Assembly (NCBI GenBank): GCA_038243585.1
Contig: JBBSQY010000010.1
Coordinates: 19,802 to 83,801, forward strand
Source of the DNA: Candidatus Sumerlaeales bacterium
GTDB taxonomy: Bacteria > Sumerlaeota > Sumerlaeia > Sumerlaeales > Sumerlaeaceae
Direction of reading: 5' to 3'
Length of the DNA stretch: 64,000 nucleotides
Part shown: positions 29,806 to 39,300 of the stretch, in pieces
Layout of the letters: the number at the start of each line of letters is the position of its first letter
Position numbering within the stretch: position 1 is the stretch's first letter
The notes under the pieces: model-generated
Database searches by the model: none
What the model saw: the letters and a program-made list of their open reading frames with translations, nothing else
What the model was told of the DNA's origin: nothing
Program-made: the position numbers and the translations under genes

Positions 29806-31578
29806 ATGAGTAAAACGCAAACCCAGTCAAAAGCTGAATCAGCGGTTCTGAAGCAACAGGACGCGGTAACCTCTTCCCGAGTGGAAAGAGATCGGCAGAT
29901 ACTAGTAAAGGCGCACTCGCGTGGAGGTATTGCTCCAATAGGAGCATTTTTGCGGCTATCCGGGCCTGGATGGCTCCAGAGCGCCATCACCCTGGGCGGC
30001 GGCTCGCTGTCAGGTGCTTTATATTTGGGGGTCCTCGGCGGTTATAGTTTCCTATGGCTTCAGCTGCTGGCGATAATTCTTGGAATCATTATGCTTGGCG
30101 CAATATCCTACGTTACCCTGGCCACCGGACAACGGCCGTTTCAGGCCATCAGGCGCTTCATAAATCCTGTGCTGGCATGGGGCTGGGCAGTTGCCTCAAT
30201 CGTCGCAAGCCTTGTGTGGTGCCTACCGCAGTTCAGCCTCAGCGTCGCGGTCGTGCAGCAGAATCTTTTGCCTGGATTAGTCGGGCCTGAGAGCGCGCTG
30301 GGTTTGATAGGCGGCAAGATTCTCATTTGTGCCTTACTGCTGGCCATTGCGACCACGATTGTGTGGCGCTACGCTCGCCCCGGCAGAGGCATCCGCATTT
30401 TCGAAGCCATCCTCAAAACAATGGTTGCGGTCATAGTCTTTAGTTTTGTGGGTGTTGTTTTAAAACTGGCCTTCAGTGGAGACGGATTACCCTGGGCCAG
30501 TATTTTTGCCGGATACATCCCAGACCTGACCAGTTTTACCCGACCGGCTGCAACCTTTCTTCCCTTCCTGAACGAAATTGCACCTGATCAACGGGATTTC
30601 TGGACAAAAGCCATCGTGTCGCGTCAGCAGGATGTCATGATAGCCGCAGCAGCGGCAGCCGTCGGAATCAACATGACGTTTTTTCTGCCATATTCCATTC
30701 TTGCCCGTGGATGGACACGAGAGTTTAAAGGCCTTGCGATATTTGATTTGGCAACAGGCCTGGCGATTCCGTTTGTCCTGGTCACTTCCTGCATAGTTAT
30801 TGCTTCGGCCAGCCAGTTCCACACGAAACCGGGAAAAGGGCTTTTGAATGACGGAACTCCAACGGCAGGTATACAGCGGGAATACAATTCACTGCTGGAA
30901 TCCCGGTTAAACAACGGCGGTAGCGGAGCTGCAAAAACTTCGATACTTTCGCCTGAAGAGAAGTCGGCGCAGGTAAATGCCCTTCCGCAGGCGGAGAAAG
31001 AAATGGCGGCCATGCTTGTTAACCGCGACGCCTTCCAGCTGGCTGATTCCCTCGCCCCCCTTACCGGACGAGTAGTATCACAATGGTTGTTCGGAATCGG
31101 TGTGCTGGGCATGGCGCTTTCCACCGTTATTATGATGATGGTAATAACGGGAGTTGTATTGCGGGAGATGTTTGACTGGCCCCAGGGAGGGACCAAGCAA
31201 CGACTGGGCAGTATGCTCGCGGGCGTCGGAGTACTTGGTCCATTTGTATGGTCTGGAAAAGCCCTGTTTTGGCTGGCGGTTCCAGCGTCTGTTGTCGCCA
31301 TGACACTTCTGCCAATCGCCTACTTCACCTTCTTCTTGATGATGAACTCCCGCAAACTTATGGGCGAAAACCTGCCGAGAGGAGCCCACCGGGTCGTTTG
31401 GAACGTGCTCATGATCATTGCCACTTTAAGTGCATCAATTGCGGCAGCATGGAGCATCTGGACGAAGTCCGGCTGGATAGGAACCGGGGCTGCGATAAGT
31501 TTTATCGTTTTAGCTATTGTCGCTCAGTTTGCAAAAAAATCTGACCATACAGAAACAGAAGAAAGAGCAAATGCTTAA
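29806..31578 (+). CDS. NRAMP-related membrane transporter (non-canonical)
   Basis: GPGWLQSAITLGGGS, GYSFLW, about 11-12 TM segments; lacks DPGN. Confidence 0.75.
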   Translation: MSKTQTQSKAESAVLKQQDAVTSSRVERDRQILVKAHSRGGIAPIGAFLRLSGPGWLQSAITLGGGSLSGALYLGVLGGYSFLWLQLLAIILGIIMLGAISYVTLATGQRPFQAIRRFINPVLAWGWAVASIVASLVWCLPQFSLSVAVVQQNLLPGLVGPESALGLIGGKILICALLLAIATTIVWRYARPGRGIRIFEAILKTMVAVIVFSFVGVVLKLAFSGDGLPWASIFAGYIPDLTSFTRPAATFLPFLNEIAPDQRDFWTKAIVSRQQDVMIAAAAAAVGINMTFFLPYSILARGWTREFKGLAIFDLATGLAIPFVLVTSCIVIASASQFHTKPGKGLLNDGTPTAGIQREYNSLLESRLNNGGSGAAKTSILSPEEKSAQVNALPQAEKEMAAMLVNRDAFQLADSLAPLTGRVVSQWLFGIGVLGMALSTVIMMMVITGVVLREMFDWPQGGTKQRLGSMLAGVGVLGPFVWSGKALFWLAVPASVVAMTLLPIAYFTFFLMMNSRKLMGENLPRGAHRVVWNVLMIIATLSASIAAAWSIWTKSGWIGTGAAISFIVLAIVAQFAKKSDHTETEERANA

Positions 31579-32956
31579 TACCGATATGAGCCTGCGGGCT
31601 TCTGACCTACTTCCCGCTATTACCCGTATGTGGGAACTTTCCGCGACAAAAATCTCGTCCATAGAAAAGTCCTGGAGCGCTCAGGAAGGGTCGCCGGTCT
31701 TTACGATCGACGGCAACTATACTGCTCAGGGGTGGACGGAATGGACCCAGGGATTTCAATATGGGTCGGCGCTGTTGCAGTTTGACGCTACTGATGACAC
31801 AGCATTTCTTGAAATAGGACGACGTAAAACGATCGAAGTAATGGCGCCGCATATCACCCACTTCGGGGTTCATGATCACGGGTTTAACAATGTAAGCACC
31901 TACGGCAATCTGTGGCGCATGATGGAAGAGAATCGCATTACCTTTCAGCCGGATGAAAAACATTTCTGCGAACTCGCTTTGAAATGTAGCGGAGCCGTAC
32001 AGGCGAATCGCTGGACCCCTACCGCCGATGGTGGTGGGTTCATTCATTCCTTTAATGGTCCACACTCCTTGTTCGCGGACACCATAAGGTCTCTGCGCTC
32101 TCTTGCCCTTGGCCACCGTTTAGGCCACTGGCTTCTAGGAGAAAAAGACTCCCGCGTTTCACTGTTGGAGCGCCTTGTCCAGCATGCTCAGTCCACCGCC
32201 GAATACTCCGTTTACTATGGAAACGGCCGGGACTCTTATGATATCCGTGGTCGTGTCGCCCATGAATCGGTGTTCAACACAAAAAACGGAAACTACCGGT
32301 GTCCAAACTCCCAACAAGGCTACTCCCCTTTCACCACTTGGACCCGCGGTCTCGCCTGGATTGTCTGCGGCTATCCTGAGTTGCTAGAGTACCTCGAAAC
32401 CATCGACGATGCCGCCCTGGAACCCATGGGAGGTCGCATCGCCATCGAAACCATGATGCTGGATGCGGCACGGGCAAGCGCAGATTTTTACATCCAGCAT
32501 AGTCCTTCTGACGGAATTCCATACTGGGACACCGGCGCACCAAACCTGCACAAACTGGGTGACTATCTCAATAATCCTGCTGATCCGTTCAATAATTATG
32601 AACCGGTAGACAGTTCGGCCGCTGCAATCGCCTGTCAGGGGCTGATGCGTCTAGGTCGCTACCTCTCCCGCCGCGCAGATAACGCCGGATCAGCCTATAC
32701 GCAGGCAGGCCTGACAGTTCTCCGCCGTCTTCTCGAAGAGCCATACCTCAGCACCGACAACGCTCACCAGGGACTACTTCTACATACCATATATCATCAA
32801 CCCAATGGTTGGGACAACATACCGCAAGGCGCAAGCATTCCGTCCGGAGAATCCTGCATGTGGGGCGATTATCATCTGCGAGAAGCGGCATTTTACGTCC
32901 AGCGCCTGAGCAACGACGCACCTTACTATACATTCTTCGGACCGAGGAGTAACTAG
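31571..32956 (+). CDS. GH88-like (unsaturated glucuronyl hydrolase-like) glycoside hydrolase
   Basis: WTEWTQGF, HDHGF, TWTRGLAW, PYWD, DSSAAAI, WGDYH; ATG 31571 overlaps the transporter stop. Confidence 0.8.
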   Translation: MLNTDMSLRASDLLPAITRMWELSATKISSIEKSWSAQEGSPVFTIDGNYTAQGWTEWTQGFQYGSALLQFDATDDTAFLEIGRRKTIEVMAPHITHFGVHDHGFNNVSTYGNLWRMMEENRITFQPDEKHFCELALKCSGAVQANRWTPTADGGGFIHSFNGPHSLFADTIRSLRSLALGHRLGHWLLGEKDSRVSLLERLVQHAQSTAEYSVYYGNGRDSYDIRGRVAHESVFNTKNGNYRCPNSQQGYSPFTTWTRGLAWIVCGYPELLEYLETIDDAALEPMGGRIAIETMMLDAARASADFYIQHSPSDGIPYWDTGAPNLHKLGDYLNNPADPFNNYEPVDSSAAAIACQGLMRLGRYLSRRADNAGSAYTQAGLTVLRRLLEEPYLSTDNAHQGLLLHTIYHQPNGWDNIPQGASIPSGESCMWGDYHLREAAFYVQRLSNDAPYYTFFGPRSN

Positions 32957-32959
32957 ACC

Positions 32960-33745
32960 ATGTCGGCAAACTCAACCCGAAAAGTTGCCCTTGTAACCGG
33001 CGGAGCAAGAGGCATTGGCCTTGGTATCTCCGCCGCGCTGGCCAAATCCGGCTTCGACCTGGCTATCTGCGGCGTACGCGATTTGGCTGCCGTAGAAAAC
33101 GCTATTGCCGGCCTCGAAAGCGCTGGTGCGCAAGTTCATTACTGTCAGGCCGACATTAGCATTACCGATGACCGGCAGCGTTTGGTGGACTTCGTTAAGG
33201 AAAAGTTCGAATGCCTTAACGTGCTAATCAATAATGCGGGAGTAGCCCCGACGGTTCGGGCGGACATACTTGAAGCCGACGAAGAAAGCTTCGACCGGCT
33301 CATGCGCATTAACTTAAAAGGTCCCTACTTTCTGACCCAGCTGACGGCGCGGTGGATGATCGAACAGCGACAACACGACGCCTCGTTTAGCGGTTGCATT
33401 ATCAATGTGTCTTCCATATCATCGTTTGTTGCGTCAACCTCCCGGGGCGACTACTGCCTGTCTAAAGCGGGAGTCAGCATGTCGACAAAACTTTGGGCAA
33501 CGCGTCTGGGAGAATTTGGACTGCCGGTTTATGAAATTCAGCCGGGCATTATTAAAACAGACATGACCGCAGGCGTAACAGATAAATATGACAACCTTAT
33601 AGCAGGCGGCTTGTTGCTGGAAGAAAGATGGGGAACCCCTGAGGATGTTGGGCGAGCTGTAGCCACTCTGGCTCGCGGAGACATCCCTTATGCTACAGGC
33701 AACGTAATTCAACTGGACGGTGGGCTGGGAATCCAAAGGCTTTAA
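32960..33745 (+). CDS. short-chain dehydrogenase/reductase (FabG-like, probably sugar-acid reductase)
   Basis: TGGARGIG, NNAG, YCLSK, PGIIKTDMT. Confidence 0.9.
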   Translation: MSANSTRKVALVTGGARGIGLGISAALAKSGFDLAICGVRDLAAVENAIAGLESAGAQVHYCQADISITDDRQRLVDFVKEKFECLNVLINNAGVAPTVRADILEADEESFDRLMRINLKGPYFLTQLTARWMIEQRQHDASFSGCIINVSSISSFVASTSRGDYCLSKAGVSMSTKLWATRLGEFGLPVYEIQPGIIKTDMTAGVTDKYDNLIAGGLLLEERWGTPEDVGRAVATLARGDIPYATGNVIQLDGGLGIQRL

Positions 33746-33952
33746 CCTTCCGCCACATTTACTCTCACAACGTATGAAGCTTAATTAATAATAATATTGT
33801 TTGAAACGTAACTCGCACCAAGTTTTCAAGCACACTTAATATCAAAGTCAGACTGAGATAATGGCTTCGCACCTGACTTTGAAATATCAAAATGGGCCGT
33901 GCGCTTTTACCTGTATTGCCTAAAATGCGGAAGAACTGAGGTTCAATTGACA

Positions 33953-34627
33953 ATGTCAGAAACGATCATTAGTGACCCTCATCGAGACAGTGAAACTCTA
34001 ATACACGGTCCATCGCCGGAGAGTTCGGCTGCAACCATGATTTTGCTACATGGCCGCGGTGGAAGCGCTTTAGGCATGCTGGAACTCTTTAAAACCTTGG
34101 GTACGGATAATGTTGCCGCGATCATTCCCCAGGCACATGATCGAACATGGTATCCATATTCGTTTCTCGTGCCGTTGGCAGAGAACCAGCCTTACTTTAC
34201 CTCAGCCATTGCGCGAGTGGATTCAGTTATTACTGATTTGGTATCCCGCGGCGTCCCCCGACAGAAAATCATAATACTAGGTTTTTCTCAGGGGGCTTGC
34301 CTGGCAACGGAATATGTAGCACGGCACCCGCGCCGTTATGGAGCAGTTGTAGCCCTCTCCGGCGGGTTTTTTGGTCCCTCGACAGACCTGGCAAACTACC
34401 ACGGCAGCCTGGACAGCACTCCTGTATTCATGGGAGCTGTCGATCCTGACTCTCACGTACCATTTGAGCGGGTTCAAGAAACGGCATTAATTCTAAATAA
34501 ACTGGGTGCGGATGTAGAAATGCGGCGCTACCCCGGCTTGCCTCACAGTGTTAACCAGGATGAGCTGAACGTTTGCCGCAATCTCGTCGATCAGGTAATT
34601 TCCGCTAGTTTCATAAAGACGCCATAA
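33953..34627 (+). CDS. phospholipase/carboxylesterase (alpha/beta hydrolase)
   Basis: LLHGRGG, WYPYSF, GFSQG, DSHVP, HSVN. Start at MSETI. Confidence 0.88.
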   Translation: MSETIISDPHRDSETLIHGPSPESSAATMILLHGRGGSALGMLELFKTLGTDNVAAIIPQAHDRTWYPYSFLVPLAENQPYFTSAIARVDSVITDLVSRGVPRQKIIILGFSQGACLATEYVARHPRRYGAVVALSGGFFGPSTDLANYHGSLDSTPVFMGAVDPDSHVPFERVQETALILNKLGADVEMRRYPGLPHSVNQDELNVCRNLVDQVISASFIKTP

Positions 34628-34879
34628 ACATTACCTGCTTATGTTGTTTGCGTCACACTCGCGGAGCCGCCACATGCAACCGACACGTTCTTCGCACCAC
34701 CACCTGCAATTTTACTACAAATGTTAAATGCACTTAGACCAGTTAGAAAATCTGAAGCCAATGTTGGAGTTTACATCAACCCCGCCGATGGCAATCCCGA
34801 CGAGAAATCGGGTGATGCTGATTATTAAACTCTACAGAGCATCGGCAAAGTCACATCTGACGCGCCTATCGAAATTGAT

Positions 34880-36109
34880 TTGACCAGTTTGTCAAACCCA
34901 CTGAAGACTCGTCGCAAGCCACCGTCTCTTTTGGCAATCAATGGCGGCTCGTCGAGCATCCGCTTTGCGTTGTATGAGAACGTAGAACCATTGCGGCAGA
35001 GCTTGGTTGGGAAGGTGGATCGCGTCGGTTTGACCGGCATGACTTTAACCTTCACAGACTCTGCCGCACCAACCCCGAAACGTCGCATCATCAAGATGGA
35101 TGATCACCAGTCGTCCGTCACCTTTCTACTGGATTGGCTAGAAAGCCAGCAGGTGTTCGCCACGGTTGCAGCGGTGGGACACCGGGTGGTGCACGGGATG
35201 ACGCATAGCAAACCTGAGCTAATCACGCCCGAGTTGCTCGCAGATTTGCGCCGCATCACACCGTATGACCCAGAGCATCTTCCGCTTGAAATCGAATTGA
35301 TGGAGGCGTTCCACCAACACTATCCGGCATTGCTCCAGGTGGCATGCTTTGACACCGCGTTTCACCAGACCATGCCACGAGTCGCCAGTATGCTATCAAT
35401 TCCTCGGCGCTACGAAGCGGCTGGCGTTCGCCGGTACGGCTTCCACGGTTTGTCTTACGAGTTCCTCATGGAGGAACTTGCGCACCTTGGCGACCCGGCG
35501 GCAACGAAGGGGCGCGTGATACTCGCTCATCTCGGCAACGGTGCAAGCGTGGCCGCAGTGCGCGACGGCAAAAGCATCGATACCAGTATGGGTTTCACAC
35601 CGACGTCGGGATTAGTGATGAGCAGGCGCTCAGGGGATCTCGATCCAGGACTTGCCTCCTACATGGCGCGCACCGATCATATGAGTACAGCGCAATTTCA
35701 GCAAATGGTGAACCACGAATCAGGCTTGCTCGGAGTATCCGAAATTAGCTCTGACATGCGCGACCTACTCGAGCAAGAAACGCGGGATATCAGGGCGGCG
35801 GAAGCCGTGGCGTTGTTTTGCTATCAAACGAAAAAGTGGATTGGCGCTTACGCCGCCGCGCTTGGCGGACTCGACACGCTTGTTTTCGCAGGCGGCATCG
35901 GGGGAAACGTGCCGGTTATTCGCGCCCGCATCTGCGAGGGTCTCGGCTTTCTCGGAATCGAACTTGATGAAATACGAAATGCTGCAACTGACGCGGTAAT
36001 TTCTGCAGTCGCCGGCAGCGTCGCAGTTCGTGTTATCACCACAAACGAAGAATTGATGATTGCACGCTCTGTGCGCCGTATTCTGAGATTAGTGACTGGA
36101 AACCTTTAA
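34880..36109 (+). CDS. ackA: acetate/propionate kinase
   Basis: INGGSSS, GHRVVHG, FDTAFH, RYGFHGLSY, HLGNGAS, TSMGFTP, TNEELMIA. Confidence 0.93.
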   Translation: MTSLSNPLKTRRKPPSLLAINGGSSSIRFALYENVEPLRQSLVGKVDRVGLTGMTLTFTDSAAPTPKRRIIKMDDHQSSVTFLLDWLESQQVFATVAAVGHRVVHGMTHSKPELITPELLADLRRITPYDPEHLPLEIELMEAFHQHYPALLQVACFDTAFHQTMPRVASMLSIPRRYEAAGVRRYGFHGLSYEFLMEELAHLGDPAATKGRVILAHLGNGASVAAVRDGKSIDTSMGFTPTSGLVMSRRSGDLDPGLASYMARTDHMSTAQFQQMVNHESGLLGVSEISSDMRDLLEQETRDIRAAEAVALFCYQTKKWIGAYAAALGGLDTLVFAGGIGGNVPVIRARICEGLGFLGIELDEIRNAATDAVISAVAGSVAVRVITTNEELMIARSVRRILRLVTGNL

Positions 36110-36139
36110 AGATTAAATTGTCAAATTTGGCACACTGCC

Positions 36140-36175
36140 CCGGAGCTGCTGCAAAAGATGGACGCTTACTGGCGA
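36140..36175 (+). pseudogene. remnant of a phosphoketolase (xfp/xpk) 5' end
   Basis: Encodes PELLQKMDAYWR, matching the phosphoketolase N-terminus, which normally continues AANYLSVGQIYL. Here the frame diverges and stops about 13 codons later; lies directly after ackA. Confidence 0.7.
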
Positions 36176-36315
36176 TTCGAGCCAATGACACTCAGGATGA
36201 CCTGGTTTCGGCAATAAATCGTAACGCGGAAGCCATTCAAATAGTATATTAATAACCTTTTTGGTGGAAAGCAGCAAGATTTGACTTTTACCTTGCCATG
36301 TCGTGTTCTAAATAG

Positions 36316-39300
36316 ATGCCCCTAACTATACCTCCTTCCATGAAAGCCCGTTTTCGCCAACGCAGTGATGCTGACAAGTTGGTTAGACAATTTGGCATTG
36401 AGCAGCCACTAAATCAGGAGCTGTTAAGCACGCAACAGCTAGGGCAACAGGCCAGGCTTTTGGCACAAGCCCATAAAATTAGTGATGCTCACCGTCCTGA
36501 CCAGCTTCTACCTCGTCTTTCACAAAATGAAGCGGTGTTATTGCGTACACATAAAATCATTGCATCAGCAGCTGAACAAGGCAGCGAGATATCGACCATA
36601 GCGGAGTGGTTACTTGACAATTTCCACTTAATTGAAGGACAGATCCGCAAGGCCCGACTCCACTTACCCAAGTCCTATAGTCGCGAGCTACCTCGCCTTC
36701 TCAATGGCACGCATCGCGTTTATGATATAGTTCTAAAACTGATCTCGCACTCTGATGCGCGCCTTGACGCCGAGAACCTGGCATGGTTTATATCCGAATA
36801 TCAACAGGTGACATCTCTCAAACTAGGCGAATTGTGGGCTATCCCCATTATGCTGCGTCTTGGACTTATTGAAAACCTGCGCCGCATAGCATCCAAGATA
36901 ACTGCACGCCATGTGGAATATGAAAAAGCCGTTTACTGGGCAAATCGCCTGATGGAACAGGCGGAGACTGATCGTATTAAGCTGGTGGTTAAAGTCGCAG
37001 AACTTGCTATGTCAGATGTAACTCTCGAAAGCGCCTTTGTCACGGAATTTACCCGTCGCCTGCAAGGTCAAGCTACAGAGCAAACCTTCACCCTTGCCTG
37101 GCTGGATCAGCAACTGGCTCAAAAGAACACATCAGTCCGCCAGCTGGTCCAACTGGAAAATCACGCACAGGCCGCAGAGCAACTTTCCATCAGCAACTGT
37201 ATCGCAAGCTTGCGATCGCTAGATGCCATCGATTGGCGAGATTTCGTCGAAAGCCTAAGTTACGTTGAAAAAACGTTGCGCAACGATCCAGCAGACGTTT
37301 ACAAAAATTCCGATTTTAGTACACGAGACACTTATCGCCATGCGATAGAATCTGTCTCACGATATAGTCAATCGACAGAAGTTGAGGTCGCTGAACTTGC
37401 GGTAAAACTAGCCACTGATGCTGCGATTGACGGTATTGAAAGCGCACGTAAAGGTCACGTCGGCTATTACCTGGTGGGACCCGGGCTTAAACAGCTTCAC
37501 CAAGCGGTGAGAGCGCGTCCGGGCTTTCTGTCGAACGCCGGTGATTTATCCCGGAATCATGCTCTTTTTCTTTACCTTTTTTCGGTTATTGCCTTGGCCA
37601 CTATCGTAACTTTTTTTATCCTTACTTCACCTCTGGGCAATGTCTCTACATGGCTGGCTACTTTGCTCGGCATTGCTACTCTTTTTCTGACAATACAAAT
37701 AGCCTTAGATATTGTCAATCGCGCTGCAATGCATATTGTTAAACCACGCCGTCTTCCCCGAATGAATTTTGAACATGAGATTCCTTCGGAGTTTACGACG
37801 CTTGTTACCGTGCCGACATTGCTTACCAACACGCAATCCGTGGAGGAACTGCTGGAGGGATTGGAGGTTAGATTCCTTGCTAACCGACAGGAAAATATTT
37901 ACTTCAGCTTACTTACAGACTTTCCGGATGCTCCTCAAGGTCAAATGCCCGGTGACGCAGAACTGCTTGCACAGACAGTCACTGGTATAGAGTCGTTAAA
38001 CGAAAAATATGGCTCAACAAACCACGAATCACCGTTTTATCTTTTTCACCGCCCGCGGCTTTGGAATAATCAGGAAAACGTGTGGATGGGCCGCGAACGA
38101 AAACGCGGAAAACTTTCAGATCTAAACGCATTGCTGCGCGGCGAACGAAACGGCGCATTTGCTAAGACAGTGGGTGACATACAAGTCTTGCAGGCCGTGA
38201 AATTTGTCATAACCCTTGATACTGATACTTTACTTCCTCGTGACAGCGCCAGGGAACTTATAGGGACTTTGGCCCACATACTCAATCTGCCGGAAATTAA
38301 TGAGTCAACCGGTTGCGTACGGCACGGTTACGGCATTCTACAGCCCCGCATTAGCACAGACCTCCCTTCCAGATCGAAAACGATTTTCCACAACCTATAT
38401 GGTGGCCAGCCGGGAATTGATCCATACACTCAGACAGTCTCTGATGTGTACCAGGATCTTTTTTATGAAGGCTCTTTTATTGGTAAAGGCATCTATGATG
38501 TCGACGCGTTTCAGATTGCGTTGGAAAATCGTCTCCCTGATAATCGGATTCTAAGTCATGACCTTATTGAAGGATGTTACGCACGCTCAGGACTGCTCAG
38601 CGATGTCCAACTTTACGAGTCATATCCACTGCGGTATGCTACGGACGTCAGTCGCCGACGCCGCTGGATTAGAGGAGACTGGCAGATAAGTCTCTGGGCT
38701 TTTTCCAGTCCTCCAGACAAAGATGGAAACCCGGTTTGTAATCCACTGCACGGTATTTCCAGATGGAAAATTTTTGATAATCTTCGGCGCAGTGTTCAGC
38801 CTGCTGCAATGACGATGCTGTTTTTTCTGGCCTGGCTTACGCCCGTGCCATATATATGGACTGCTACTATAATCGCGTTGTTATCCGCTCCATATATTCT
38901 TACATCAATTATTAACCTACTAAAAAAGCCAGTGGATCTGCCTTTTACCGTTCATGCGTCACGCGGAATTAAAGATCTGCTTCGCCATGTGGGACAGCTC
39001 CTTTTTTCTATAACCATGTTACCTTTCGAAGCGGCTTTTTCACTGGATTCGATTTTCAGATCTCTCGTGCGAATGTTAGTTACGAAGCAACATCTCCTAG
39101 AATGGACCACATCCATTGACGCCGAGCGCAGTGCAAAATCAACTTTGACAGCGTCTCTATACCAAATGTCGGTAGCCCCTGTAATTACGATTGTTATCGG
39201 CATCGTCATTTGGTTATTTAATCCTCACGCTCTACCAGTTGCCGCACCGTTTCTCATTGGATGGTTCTTTTCGCCAGTTGTCGCTTGGTGGGTGAGTCGA

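Noticed and set aside
33748..33756. TTCCGCCAC match to tRNA-Leu as a possible att site
   Set aside because: Only 9 nt, matches the tRNA 5' part rather than the 3' end, and no integrase is present
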